From Nitrososphaerales archaeon (lineage in GTDB: Archaea; Thermoproteota; Nitrososphaeria; Nitrososphaerales; Gagatemarchaeaceae): DNA of 64,000 bases. The stretch is taken from positions 23,607 to 87,606 of the forward strand of contig JASHOZ010000056.1 of the NCBI GenBank assembly GCA_030038395.1. Reading direction: 5' to 3'. The notes under the pieces are model-generated. The model was not told the DNA's origin. It did no database searches and worked only from the letters and a program-made list of their open reading frames with translations. How positions within the stretch are numbered: position 1 is the first letter of the stretch; each line of letters begins with the position of its first letter. Made by a program: the position numbers and the translations under genes. Of this stretch, positions 38,281 to 48,524 are shown piece after piece.

Positions 38281-38586
38281 CTAACTCTTCTCTGTGCTGA
38301 CGAAGACCTCATGTATCGTGAGAAAGCTCTTGCCGTCGAACATCTCCTTCGGCGGCGCGTTCGAGTGCGCCATCGTGAACGCCTCACTCTTCGTCCACTT
38401 CTCGAAACTCGCCATCGAGTCCCAGTAGGTCCTCACGATGTAGTGTTCTCCCTTGACCGGGCGGAGGACCTCGTTCTTCACGAAGCCTGGGGACCCCTGG
38501 ACGTAGCGCGTCCCAGACTTGAACCGCGCCTCGAACGCATCGGCGAACTCCTTCTTCACTGGTATGTGGTTCTCGACAGAAATCAT
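38281..38586 (-). CDS. ABM / IsdG-HmoA-like monooxygenase
   Basis: VENHIPV...FEARF...PGF...TYWDSMASFEKWTKSEAFTMAH. Confidence 0.85.
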   Translation of the reverse strand: MISVENHIPVKKEFADAFEARFKSGTRYVQGSPGFVKNEVLRPVKGEHYIVRTYWDSMASFEKWTKSEAFTMAHSNAPPKEMFDGKSFLTIHEVFVSTEKS

Positions 38587-38710
38587 CACCGGACGTGAAC
38601 CTCGCAGAGGTAATGAACGTTTGGCCGACGCGACCTCGTCTGACCCCTTGTCACCACCCCTTGGCGGGGCCAAAAACGAGAACCTAGCCTTGGACTGCGC
38701 TCCTCTTCCT

Positions 38711-39244
38711 TCAGGCCCTCGACTCTGTCTCTCTCTTCCACGCGCCCCAGCCGGTAATCGGGGGATCGATATCCGCCTGCCAGAGCAGCGCATTAAGCTC
38801 GCCTCTGTGCTGGAGCTCTTCCTCAATCAGGTGCCAGAGCATGGTCTTCACGTTGAATCTGAAAGGTTCGCCGTCTCTGGGTCTCTCAATCCAGCGGGCA
38901 AGATCCTGAGGTAGGAGCCTCTGCACGAAGTCTAGGATGTACGGATTCATCTTGTCGGCCTCCATTTTCAGCTCCTCGATTGACTGGCACTTTCTACCAT
39001 AGGAGTCACTCGTATCAAGGAGAATTCCACCGTATCTCTCATCAAGCCATAGCCTGTATACGAAGAAGATATGAGAGGAGATGTCGAGAATGCTGGGAAA
39101 GGAAGCCCCCCTGTCTTTCGTCAGTTGCTCCGCGGGGAGTGTTCCGAGCAGCTTCATGTACTTCTTCCTGACATAGTCGTTGTAGCGGAACCACTCTCCT
39201 ATCGACTCGAGGTCCGCGGCCTCTCTGACGAACACTTCGCTCAA
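38711..39244 (-). CDS. DinB-family protein
   Basis: FPSILDISSH, MLWHLIEEELQHRGEL. Confidence 0.85.
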   Translation of the reverse strand: MSEVFVREAADLESIGEWFRYNDYVRKKYMKLLGTLPAEQLTKDRGASFPSILDISSHIFFVYRLWLDERYGGILLDTSDSYGRKCQSIEELKMEADKMNPYILDFVQRLLPQDLARWIERPRDGEPFRFNVKTMLWHLIEEELQHRGELNALLWQADIDPPITGWGAWKRETESRA

Positions 39245-39404
39245 TTAGTTCGCCGGCCCATTGACGGTTCTTCAGGAGGACCAGCGGTATTTATGCTGCC
39301 TTGATTGCGCGGAAGTCTCGTCGTGAGAGCAGGCGCCAGAGTCTGCCGGCGCCTCCTGTGCCACGGGGCAAGATTAATCACCGTCTCGTCATCGGAGCTG
39401 GCGC

Positions 39405-39788
39405 ATGGTTGGGCTGACAGTCAAGGCGAAGCAGCTGATCGACGGGAAGAACTTCGGCAACGTTGCGACGATCATGCCTGACGGGTCGCCCCAAGTGGCG
39501 ACGGTGTGGGTCGACCGCGAAGGGGACGTAATCAAGCTGAACGCTACGGTGTCGCGGCAGAGGACGAAAAACCTCAGGCGCGATCCGCGCGTCGCCCTAG
39601 TTGTATTCGACCAGGCAAACCCCTACTCCAACGTCATGATACGCGGAAAGGTGACCGAGATAACCAAGAAGGGGGCGGAGGACCACATCGACCAACTGTC
39701 GATGAAGTACCACGGGCGGGTGTACAGCTACCACCACGCAGACGACCCACGCGTCATAATCAGGATCGAGCCCGAGCATATCACGTAG
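39405..39788 (+). CDS. PPOX-class (probably F420-dependent) oxidoreductase
   Basis: VATIMPDGSPQVATVWVD, KNLRRDPRVAL, HIDQLSMKY. Confidence 0.88.
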   Translation: MVGLTVKAKQLIDGKNFGNVATIMPDGSPQVATVWVDREGDVIKLNATVSRQRTKNLRRDPRVALVVFDQANPYSNVMIRGKVTEITKKGAEDHIDQLSMKYHGRVYSYHHADDPRVIIRIEPEHIT

Positions 39789-39831
39789 TCCTGCGCGACA
39801 GTCGCTTGATGACGGCTCTCGACTGACACGG

Positions 39832-40035
39832 TCACGTCAGCAGCGCAGTAAGGGCGAGAACGAAGAAGATTGCCAGATACCCGAGGAGGGCCCACCTCAG
39901 TATCCTGATGCCTTCGCTGCCGAGCTCCCCCCTCGCCACGCTCCCAGCCGCTCCTCGGTACAGCAGGCCAAAGACGAAGAGCAGTGCGCCCGCGAACGCG
40001 ACCACCGCGATCAGGGCGTCGGTGTTCAGCGCCAT
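39832..40035 (-). CDS. Small 2-TM membrane protein
   Basis: Starts immediately after the stop of the upstream membrane gene; two hydrophobic helices. Confidence 0.6.
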   Translation of the reverse strand: MALNTDALIAVVAFAGALLFVFGLLYRGAAGSVARGELGSEGIRILRWALLGYLAIFFVLALTALLT

Positions 40036-40626
40036 CTAGTATATCGCCAGGTGAGCCATTATGAGTATGATCACCACTTGGAAGACCGCCTGGCTAGCCG
40101 CGAGCCTGACGTTCCTGATTGTGAGCTTTGAGATGAGCTCGACGTTGGGCTTCGACTTCGCCAACTCCAGGAAGATCCTGACGCCGTTGGGGAGGAAGAC
40201 GCCGAACCCCTGCGCCACAAGTATCAGCACCACGACCCCGGCGGCCATAATCCAAGGACTGCCCAGGTCGAACTTGCCGAAGTCCTGGGCGAGGTAAATC
40301 CCAGACGTTATCGCGGTTGACGCGAGAGAAGGGATGATGAAGAACGTGGTCGGGGTGAGCCTCTTCGCTATCTCCACCCGCGCAGGAATCTCAAGGGACC
40401 TCAGGATCTGCGACATTACGAGGCCCATGTACAGGTCGAAGCCCGTCCAGGTTCCGCCTGTGATCACGTGGACGTAGTCGAGGTAGTACACATTCTTGGA
40501 CGCGAGGGCCGCGACAAGGGCGACGGGCGGGATGATCCCTATCGTGAAGCTCCACCGTAGGAGCTTCCTCGTGAACGGAGGGAGCTTGGAGGGCTCTGCC
40601 TTAGGTGCCCCGGGGGCCTGAGCCAC
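40036..40626 (-). CDS. Membrane protein, unknown function
   Basis: About 5 TM helices, YVHVITGGTWTGFD; GTG start inferred. Confidence 0.7.
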   Translation of the reverse strand: MAQAPGAPKAEPSKLPPFTRKLLRWSFTIGIIPPVALVAALASKNVYYLDYVHVITGGTWTGFDLYMGLVMSQILRSLEIPARVEIAKRLTPTTFFIIPSLASTAITSGIYLAQDFGKFDLGSPWIMAAGVVVLILVAQGFGVFLPNGVRIFLELAKSKPNVELISKLTIRNVRLAASQAVFQVVIILIMAHLAIY

Positions 40627-40756
40627 GCCTCCAGGCTGGGAGCTCCATTCAAAAGGGCTTGGGTCAAGGAGCAGGGTGGGAGGGGTGCATTTCAGCAGAG
40701 CCCCCCAGACGGGCGCGCAAGCGCGCCTCACCCGTGGAACGTCCGCCCTTCGCAGG

Positions 40757-41302
40757 TCAGAACAGCTTGGCGCCGCACTTCGAGCACGTGTTGTCCCTGA
40801 CGGGGTCCACGAGGTTGCCGCAGTACTTGCATGGGATCTTTGCCACCTCTCTTTCGACGATTATCTTCTCCTTCGCCGGCTGCTCCTCCTCTCTCGAGAA
40901 GTCCTCCTGTTCCTTCGTCGAGTCCCGTTCATACATGTAGCCGCACCTGCTGCACCTGTAGTGACTTCGAGTGGTGGTCCTGACCGTGGGGACCCTCTCC
41001 TGTCGCCTGTTGGTGGACGTCTCGTTCACCGTCTGACCCTGGCCGTCGCTCCTCCTGGTCGTTGTCGTGTCCGTCCGAGTCACGATGCCGTACGCCTTCT
41101 CAGCCTTCACGACTTCGGATCTCGATAGACCGATAGTCCCGCGTGCCCTGCATGAGGGGCATGCGGGCCTGCTGTAGTAGGCTACTGCGTAGACAGCTCC
41201 CGCGATCAGGGCGACAAGGAAGAGGACCGGGAAGAGGTAGAGGACAACGAGAGCGACGACGACCGCGATGAGGATGACCGGCCAAGACAGCTTGACTGCC
41301 AA
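40757..41302 (-). CDS. Membrane-anchored protein with two Zn ribbons
   Basis: N-terminal TM hairpin; CPSC...CSRC and CKYC...CSKC. Confidence 0.7.
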   Translation of the reverse strand: MAVKLSWPVILIAVVVALVVLYLFPVLFLVALIAGAVYAVAYYSRPACPSCRARGTIGLSRSEVVKAEKAYGIVTRTDTTTTRRSDGQGQTVNETSTNRRQERVPTVRTTTRSHYRCSRCGYMYERDSTKEQEDFSREEEQPAKEKIIVEREVAKIPCKYCGNLVDPVRDNTCSKCGAKLF

Positions 41303-41600
41303 CTTCAGCGGACCGGCAGCCCGGACGGCGCGTTTCTCTTATACACTCTGTGAAAAAGGACGCAAACGCAAGCTTTGCAGGCGTAATGACGCTCCTAATG
41401 CATCGGCGACGTCGACCCCGTGGGCCGAAGCTGACGGATTCTGTCGTCGCCGCTAGGTCACGGCGCGGATTGCCCTCTCTGAACGACTTCCGCATACTCG
41501 AGACCGTGGGCGCGGGAGAAGGGGCCCGGTGTCCTGAATTCGACAGGAGCTCATCCTCCGATGTGTGCCTCAAATAGCAGGCTGGTGCATATACTGCAGG

Positions 41601-42035
41601 TTGGAGATCCGCATGTTCAGGGAGGAGGATTTGGACAGCGTCCTCGAGATCGCGGTCAAGTACGCGACGTTCGACTCCGCCACGCGCGAGTCAGACGTCA
41701 GGAAGGCCGCGCACTTCCCGAGGGGGTTCTGGGTCGCAGAGGTCCATGGAAAGGTCGTCGGCTTCATCTGGGGTCACTTGAAAGACATGCCTGCTGAGGT
41801 TCTTGAAAGATGGAACGCCGCGGGCGTAGGCTACGTCGATCTGATGGCGGTGCTTCCGGCGTACAGGCGGCGGGGGGCGGGCGAGGCACTGCTCCTGAAG
41901 CTCCTCGAAGAGTTCAAACGAGCACACACCGATGTAGTGCTTCTGGACTGCCCTGCCGAGGCTCGGGACGCAGCACGTCTGTACGCAAAACTGGGATTCG
42001 ATGTCAGGTTCCAGGGAATGAGCAGGCGTCTGTAG
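41601..42035 (+). CDS. GNAT acetyltransferase
   Basis: MAVLPAYRRRGAG motif A, AARLYAKLGF; start approximate. Confidence 0.88.
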   Translation: MEIRMFREEDLDSVLEIAVKYATFDSATRESDVRKAAHFPRGFWVAEVHGKVVGFIWGHLKDMPAEVLERWNAAGVGYVDLMAVLPAYRRRGAGEALLLKLLEEFKRAHTDVVLLDCPAEARDAARLYAKLGFDVRFQGMSRRL

Positions 42036-42345
42036 CTCGGCACGCCCGACAGCGCCAGCCATTGACCTCTGGCAGCCCACGCCCGACCTGACGAACCTCC
42101 GATTCGCTATGTCGGCGGAGATTCCGGGCGATGAGTGCCGAAACGCCCCCGCGCGCGTCTTCCACCGACTCACTCAGAGCAGCAAAGTCCTGACCAAGCA
42201 TGGGTCATAGTCAACAGCATGGACGGGGCTCCACGACTCCAACCTCCCGGCAGAGACTGGCCAATCGGGCTGCGCCCTCTGTACGCGCTGTCGCGGTTTT
42301 GGGTAACTGTTTTATCACAATGCGCGAGTCGAAGCCGACATCCAA

Positions 42346-44283
42346 TTGCCAGACGGGGAGCGAAGGCTCGCTGCCATTATGTTTACCGATATCGTCGGAT
42401 ACAGCGCACTGACCCAAGGGAACGAGGCACTAGCTATCCAGGTCCTGGAGGAGCACAGGAGGGTCGTGAGGCCCTTCCTACCGAAGCACGACGGGAAGGA
42501 AGTCAAGACGATCGGCGACGCGTTTCTGATCGAGTTCGCGAGCGCACTGGAGGCGGTCAGGTGCGCCTTCGAAATCCAACAGTCGCTCAGAGAACTGTCG
42601 TCCGGGCGGCCGCAACAGATGAGGGTGCAGCTCCGCATCGGGATTCACGTCGGCGACGTCATCCACAGCCAGAACGACGTGTACGGCGACGCGGTCAACC
42701 TGGCTTCGAGGATAGAGCCACTCGCACAAGCAGGAGGCATCTGCGTCTCCGAGCAGGTGTACTATCAGGTGAAGAACAAGTTCGAGCTGCCGCTCGTGAG
42801 CCTCGGAAGGAAGGAACTGAAAAACATCGCCGAGCCGCTGGAGGTCTTCAGGGTCGTGCTTCCTTGGGAGAACGAGCGCCAGGAGAACGGGAGTCTGGAC
42901 GGGCGGAGGCTGGCGGTCCTCCCGTTCGCGAACTTCAGCCCTGACCCGAACGACGGCTACTTCGCCGACGGCATCACCGAGGAGATCATCTCGACGGTCT
43001 CGGGCATCAGCGGTCTGAGCGTGATCTCGAGGACGTCGGTGATGGGGTACAAGGGCACCACGAAGAAGGTCAACGAGATAGGGCGGGAGCTGAACGTCGG
43101 ATCGGTCCTGGAGGGGAGCTTCAGGAAGGCGGGGAACAGGATCCGGGTGACGGCTCAGCTGATAGACGTCGCCCACGACAGGCACATCTGGGCCCAGAAC
43201 TACGACAGAGAGATGGACGACGTATTCGCCGTCCAGAGCGACGTCGCCAAGAACGTCTCCGAGGTGCTCAGGGTCAGAATCCTCTCCCCCGAGAGGGAGC
43301 GCATCGAAAAGAAGCCGACTGAAAGCTCTGGAGCATACACCCTGTACCTGAAGGGGAAGGCGTTCTGGAACCTGAGGGGCGGCGCCGACGGCCTCGACCA
43401 AGTCAGGAGGGCGCTCGACTGCTTTAGGCAGGCCGAGAAGGAAGACCCGAGCTTCGCGCTAGCCTACGTCGGCGAGGCGTCCTGCCTTCACAAGATGCGC
43501 GAGTGGGGCATCGACCTCGACGCCAACCAGCGGCAGGCTAGGAGACAGATCGACAGGGCGCTCGAGCTCGACCCGGACCTCTCGGAGGCGCACACCACGA
43601 AGGCAGCCGTCCTGACCGGCTCGAATGAACTCCGGCTGGCGGAAGTGGAGTTCAGGAAGGCGATTGAACTGAACCCCAGCAACGCGACGGCACACCATTG
43701 GTTCTTCCTGACGCTGATTGAGCAGATGCGGTGGGGCGAGGCCCTCGAGCAGATCGATAAGGCCGCAGAGCTGGACCCTCTGTCTCCCCTGATCTGCTAC
43801 GGTATCGGGCTGTACCACGAGAGCCGGGGAGACCTCCCGAAGGCGCTGGAATTCTACAGGAGGTCCCTCGAGCTGGGCGGGTCGATTATCCGCTGGGCGG
43901 CCGCCAGCGTCTACGGCCGGATGGGGATGTACGACGAAATGAGAAAGGAGTTCTCCACCTGGGTCGACGAGTTCAGGCCGGCCGCGGCTGCGAGGACTGT
44001 CGCCGACATCACGATAGCGGAGATTCTGAACGACAGGGACACTGTCGAGAGACTGCTCCCGGAGGCCGAGGCGTTCCACAGGAAGGGCGCCATCCCCTCC
44101 GCAATGGACATCGCCGACTCCTACTTCTATCTCGGCGACAAAGACAAGGGCTTCGAGTGGCTGGAGCGTTCATTCTCTCGTGGGGAGGCCTTTACGTCCA
44201 GGATTCAGATCGACCACAGCCTCGATGATGTCCGCGATGACCCCCGATACCTCGACCTTCGGAAACGGCTCGGGCTGGACTGA
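42346..44283 (+). CDS. Class III adenylate/guanylate cyclase + TolB-like + TPR protein (paralog 1)
   Basis: FTDIVGYS, VKTIGDAF, DVYGDAVNLASRIE; LAVLPFANFSPD...YFADGITEE; TPR repeats. Confidence 0.92.
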   Translation: MPDGERRLAAIMFTDIVGYSALTQGNEALAIQVLEEHRRVVRPFLPKHDGKEVKTIGDAFLIEFASALEAVRCAFEIQQSLRELSSGRPQQMRVQLRIGIHVGDVIHSQNDVYGDAVNLASRIEPLAQAGGICVSEQVYYQVKNKFELPLVSLGRKELKNIAEPLEVFRVVLPWENERQENGSLDGRRLAVLPFANFSPDPNDGYFADGITEEIISTVSGISGLSVISRTSVMGYKGTTKKVNEIGRELNVGSVLEGSFRKAGNRIRVTAQLIDVAHDRHIWAQNYDREMDDVFAVQSDVAKNVSEVLRVRILSPERERIEKKPTESSGAYTLYLKGKAFWNLRGGADGLDQVRRALDCFRQAEKEDPSFALAYVGEASCLHKMREWGIDLDANQRQARRQIDRALELDPDLSEAHTTKAAVLTGSNELRLAEVEFRKAIELNPSNATAHHWFFLTLIEQMRWGEALEQIDKAAELDPLSPLICYGIGLYHESRGDLPKALEFYRRSLELGGSIIRWAAASVYGRMGMYDEMRKEFSTWVDEFRPAAAARTVADITIAEILNDRDTVERLLPEAEAFHRKGAIPSAMDIADSYFYLGDKDKGFEWLERSFSRGEAFTSRIQIDHSLDDVRDDPRYLDLRKRLGLD

Positions 44284-44492
44284 CCCTTCGGCGGACGACG
44301 GCTCCACCTAAGACTCGCATCCAGAGGCCGACCTCGCCAGTCGGCCAGGACCTCCCGAGCAAGGAAGCCCGCGGCCGCCGGTTTCATGCAGCCCGAATCT
44401 CCGAGTCCTTGACGTAACCTATCTTCCGACCGTGCTTGGGGACGGAGCGCCTGCTCAGGTCGCTTAAATACAATCACACCAACGAGAGTGAC

Positions 44493-44801
44493 ATGGTCCG
44501 GCTCGAGGTCACCGAAGAGGACTTTGAGGGCTTTAGAAAGGCCAAGAGCATTCGGGAAGGAATAGGAGAGAAAATACTAGACGAGTTCAGAATGAGCAAC
44601 AAGCAGAGGAAGGCCCGAGATGGCGTCCTTGCTCTACTTCCGATGGTCGTCGCAAAGAAAGTGAACAAAAGCGTCCCACACGGATTCAAGCTCGATAGCA
44701 TCCAGTTGACCTTTGAGGTCTCAGGAGAACCGTTTGGGGTCGGAGTGAAGGGAGACGTCGAAGTGACATTCAAAAGACAAGCGAAACGAAAAACAAAGTA
44801 A
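44493..44801 (+). CDS. Small hypothetical protein with a Pepco/Trypco-like beta-rich C-terminus
   Basis: GFKLDSIQLTFEVSGEPFGVGVKGDVEVTFKR; TATA-like TTAAATA about 25 nt upstream; AT-richer than flanks. Confidence 0.55.
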   Translation: MVRLEVTEEDFEGFRKAKSIREGIGEKILDEFRMSNKQRKARDGVLALLPMVVAKKVNKSVPHGFKLDSIQLTFEVSGEPFGVGVKGDVEVTFKRQAKRKTK

Positions 44802-44903
44802 GACACGCGACGCCTATTCTGACTGAAGGCGGGAGGTGAGTCGGACTCGGATGGGTCCGCCGCTGCGAACGGATAGTCGCCTCTCACTGACTCGGGTCGT
44901 CGG

Positions 44904-46634
44904 CTACGCGTAGCTCTTCCAGATTGAGCGAAGCTCGCGCGAATACCACTCGATCATCCCTTCGCCCATGTCCCATGGAAGCCCTGCTGTCCGGAAAAGC
45001 TCCGGCAGGCTCTTCGAGCAGCCCAGGGAGAGCGCCTGCTTGTAGGATGCGACCGCTCCTTCCGGGTCCCTCCTGTACCTGAGCCATATCCCCAGTGCCC
45101 CCAGTGTGGCAATCCCGTACTCGATGTAGTAGAATGGGAACTGGAAGAGATGGAGCTGGCGCTGCCATCTGTGGCGGAGCGCCTGCTCGTGGCCCTCGTA
45201 GCTCTCGAGGCCCTGGAAGCGCATGAAGATGGACGACCAGGCGTCCGCGCGCTCGGCGGCCGAGTGCCCGGGGTTAGTGTAGACCCAGTGCTGGAAGGCG
45301 TCGATGGTCGCGACCCAGGCGAACAGCTTGATCATCGAGACCACCTCCTCCCTGTTCGACCGCCTTGCATCCTCCGGCCCGTAGAAGGTGCCCTCGACAT
45401 GCTCACACCCGACGAGCTCCATCGAGGTGGAGGCCACCTCCGCGAACTCAGACGGGAGGTTCTGGCCGGAGTAGTAGAGAGGGAGTCCGGCGTCCCTCAT
45501 CAGGAACGAGTGGAAGCTGTGGCCCGACTCGTGGAGGAGGACCCTGACGTCGGCGTCCCGCCCTGACGCGTTCAGGAAGATGAACGGGAGCCTCAGCTCT
45601 GTGAACTCATCCTGGAAGCCTCCGGGCGCCTTCCCCTTCCGGCTCTCCAGGTCGCGGAGCCCCAGCTCGGTCATCCTGTCGTAGTACTTGGAGAACTGCG
45701 GGTCGACCTCTCTGAAGATCTTCGCGCAGCCTGCCACAAGGTCGTCTGTGCTCTTGAACGGGGCCAGCGGGGGCCTTCCGGCGGGGTCGACCTGGAGGTC
45801 CCAGGGCGTCAGCCTATCCAGGCCGAGCCTGGCAGCCCTCTCCTTGTCGATCTCGCGGCTCAGCGGTACGAAGTGCTTCTCCACGGCGTCGTGGAACTTC
45901 CTGCAGTCCTCCGGTGTATAGTCGAACCTATTCCTCTGGCGGAACGCATAGTCGCGGAAGTTCTGAAAGCCCGCGTTCCTTCCTACCCTGTTTCGGACTC
46001 CGACCATGCCGTCGAAGATCTCGTCGAGCTTCTGTGCGTCCTTCAGGAGGCGGTCCACCGTGAGCTTCCATGCCTCTTCCCTGAGGCTCCGGTCGGTCTG
46101 CTCGAGGAACTTGAACATCTGCTGGACGGTCTTCTCCTCCCCCCTGAACTGGATTGTCATCGCACCCATCGTCGCCTGGTACTTTTCGGCCAACCCCGCG
46201 TCCTCCTTCTCGAGGGGGACGTTCGCCTCCCTGAAGATGCTCACAGCGTTGTCTCTGACCCTGTCCGTCATCTGGTACAGCGGGCGGGGCAGGTCCTTCC
46301 TCGCCGGGGACGAGGCGTACCGCTTTTCGAGTTCGAAGCTCGCGAGCTTGACCTTGGGCTCCAGTTCTTGGAAGTAGTCTGAGTACGCCTCCTTGAAAGC
46401 CTCGTTGTCCGTCTGCCTGGAGTAGTTTATCGTGGTCAGCGCCCTCTTCTCGTACACGGCCGCGTTCAGCTCGTCCTCGTCTGCCAGCCACTTCTCGAGG
46501 CGCTCCCTGGACTCTATCGGCCTCGTCCTCAGCTCCTCGAACACCGGAGAGAGCGACTCCCACTCGAGCGACATAGCCTGGGGGACATATCGTCTGGGGA
46601 ACTCTCGCGGAAGGCTCGGGTAGTCGAAGACCAT
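44904..46634 (-). CDS. pepF: M3-family oligoendopeptidase F
   Basis: DLESRKGKAPGG, HESGHSFH, EFAEVAS, HLFQFPFYYIEY. Confidence 0.92.
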   Translation of the reverse strand: MVFDYPSLPREFPRRYVPQAMSLEWESLSPVFEELRTRPIESRERLEKWLADEDELNAAVYEKRALTTINYSRQTDNEAFKEAYSDYFQELEPKVKLASFELEKRYASSPARKDLPRPLYQMTDRVRDNAVSIFREANVPLEKEDAGLAEKYQATMGAMTIQFRGEEKTVQQMFKFLEQTDRSLREEAWKLTVDRLLKDAQKLDEIFDGMVGVRNRVGRNAGFQNFRDYAFRQRNRFDYTPEDCRKFHDAVEKHFVPLSREIDKERAARLGLDRLTPWDLQVDPAGRPPLAPFKSTDDLVAGCAKIFREVDPQFSKYYDRMTELGLRDLESRKGKAPGGFQDEFTELRLPFIFLNASGRDADVRVLLHESGHSFHSFLMRDAGLPLYYSGQNLPSEFAEVASTSMELVGCEHVEGTFYGPEDARRSNREEVVSMIKLFAWVATIDAFQHWVYTNPGHSAAERADAWSSIFMRFQGLESYEGHEQALRHRWQRQLHLFQFPFYYIEYGIATLGALGIWLRYRRDPEGAVASYKQALSLGCSKSLPELFRTAGLPWDMGEGMIEWYSRELRSIWKSYA

Positions 46635-46857
46635 GCTCCCGCGGGCGGTGGGCTGCGAGCTTACTTATCCCTCACTGAGCACGCGGTTGGAGTCGACGGG
46701 GTCAAGCCTAGGCGCGTTTCAGGCTCGCGGCTGACCGCGGACCCACGGCAGACGGGGAGACGGCTCTGGTCGGGACGACCGACGATGCTCCGGCCGCGAG
46801 GAGGCAAGACGCCCCCACTGTCAGGTTATTAGGCACGAGTTATTGCCCGTCGGAAGA

Positions 46858-48231
46858 ATGCCCAAGGTCGGCATAGATGCGATGTACGTGTACGTCCCTC
46901 CACTCCAGGTCGACAACTCCGACCTGGCAAAAGCCAGGGACGAAGAACCGCGGCACTTCACCGAGGGGGTCGGCATCCGCACCTTCTCGATGCCGGGGCC
47001 GGACGAGGACCAGGCGAGCATGGCGGCGACGGCCGCATACCGCCTTATGGAGGCCCACGGGATCTCGCCGAGTGAGATATTCAGGATAGACACACCCACC
47101 GAAAGCGGTATGGACGCTTCGAGAGCCCTCGTCTCCGACGTCATAGGGATGCTCGAGCAGGTGTATGGGAAGGGGAGTATGTCCCACCTGCTGGGATACG
47201 AGCAGAAATTCGCCTGCGTGAGCGGCATGGAGCGGCTCCTGGACACCGCCGCCTGGTTCGCCGCGGAGTGGAACCCGAGGAAGTACGGCCTCGTCCTCGC
47301 CACGGACATAGCGAAGTACAATCTGAAGAGCCGGGAGGAGCCAACCCAGGGCGCGGCTGCCGCGGCCCTGCTGGTTGGGCAGAACCCGAGGCTCGTGGAG
47401 ATAATCCCGGGCGCCCTCGGCTCTGCGATCAGGCACGAGAAGGGAGATTTCAAGAAACCCGGGGGGAGGACAATCGCGATGGTGGACGGCCAGCGATCAT
47501 ACGCCTCCTATCTCTCGGAAATGAAAGAAGCCTGGTTGAACTTCGGCAGATCGGTCAGGAAGATAGCGTTCCTGAAGCCGAGGGCCGACGAGTCCATCCT
47601 CGACAATGTGGGGAGGGCGGTCTACCACAACCCCCACAAGAAGATGGTAATGGGGGCCTACGCGTCCCTTCTCGTGCACGAGTGGAGGAGCCTCCCACGA
47701 TGGAAGAGCGTCGTGGCGGAGATCGGCGACGAGCCCCCCCGCGGCGGAATGAGCGACGTGGACTACTACCAGAGCGGACCCTACCAGGAGTACAGGAGGA
47801 CCTTCATGAAGTCCCGCTGGTTCCTCGACAGCTTCGAGGAGAAGATTGGGGCCTCGACGAAGGCGCCGGAGCTCGTCGGGAACTCGTACTCCGCGTCCGT
47901 CTTCGTCGGGCTGGACAGCATACTGGAGAACGACAGGGCGGACCTTGCCAGCCAGAACGTCATACTCTGCGGCTACGGGAGCGGGAGCCACGCGATCATC
48001 CAGGCCAACATATTCAGCGAGTGGTACAGACACGAAGTCAAGAAGCTCGACCTCATGGACAGGCTGCGGACCGCCAAGAAGCTAACGATCGAGGAGTACG
48101 AGAAGATACACCGTGGCGAACTCTCTCCGGACGAGTGGCCCTCGCGTTCGAGGAAGACGTTCCGACTGAAGAGCGTCGGGGAAAGCGGGACGTCGACGGA
48201 AGGCGACCGCGAATACGTCTTCGCGGAGTAG
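46858..48231 (+). CDS. Hydroxymethylglutaryl-CoA synthase (long bacterial/haloarchaeal-like type)
   Basis: VGIDAMYVYVP, TESGMD, KFAC (catalytic Cys), DIAKY, EPTQGAAAAALL, YHNP, GNSYSAS, GYGSG. Confidence 0.88.
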   Translation: MPKVGIDAMYVYVPPLQVDNSDLAKARDEEPRHFTEGVGIRTFSMPGPDEDQASMAATAAYRLMEAHGISPSEIFRIDTPTESGMDASRALVSDVIGMLEQVYGKGSMSHLLGYEQKFACVSGMERLLDTAAWFAAEWNPRKYGLVLATDIAKYNLKSREEPTQGAAAAALLVGQNPRLVEIIPGALGSAIRHEKGDFKKPGGRTIAMVDGQRSYASYLSEMKEAWLNFGRSVRKIAFLKPRADESILDNVGRAVYHNPHKKMVMGAYASLLVHEWRSLPRWKSVVAEIGDEPPRGGMSDVDYYQSGPYQEYRRTFMKSRWFLDSFEEKIGASTKAPELVGNSYSASVFVGLDSILENDRADLASQNVILCGYGSGSHAIIQANIFSEWYRHEVKKLDLMDRLRTAKKLTIEEYEKIHRGELSPDEWPSRSRKTFRLKSVGESGTSTEGDREYVFAE

Positions 48232-48524
48232 GACGGGTACGCGGACTTGGCGTGAGTCAAGAGAGGAAGGAGAGCCTACTTCAGTATCTGCGTGCAAGCC
48301 CTCCAGCCCTGTAGAAAGCGGCCGCCCAAGTTCCAATGGCAAGCTAGGCTCACGACTCTCATGTAACGTCGCGCGCTGGATTCTTTCGAGCTCGTTAGTC
48401 GCTGATGAACGGACGGTGAACTCCGGATCCGCGAGTTTCGTAAGGACCTCCTAGCGATCGCGGTTCGGCCCGAAGGCGGTGGCGGACAGTTCATAACAGA
48501 GATCGTCTCTGCACGCGGGGGTAG

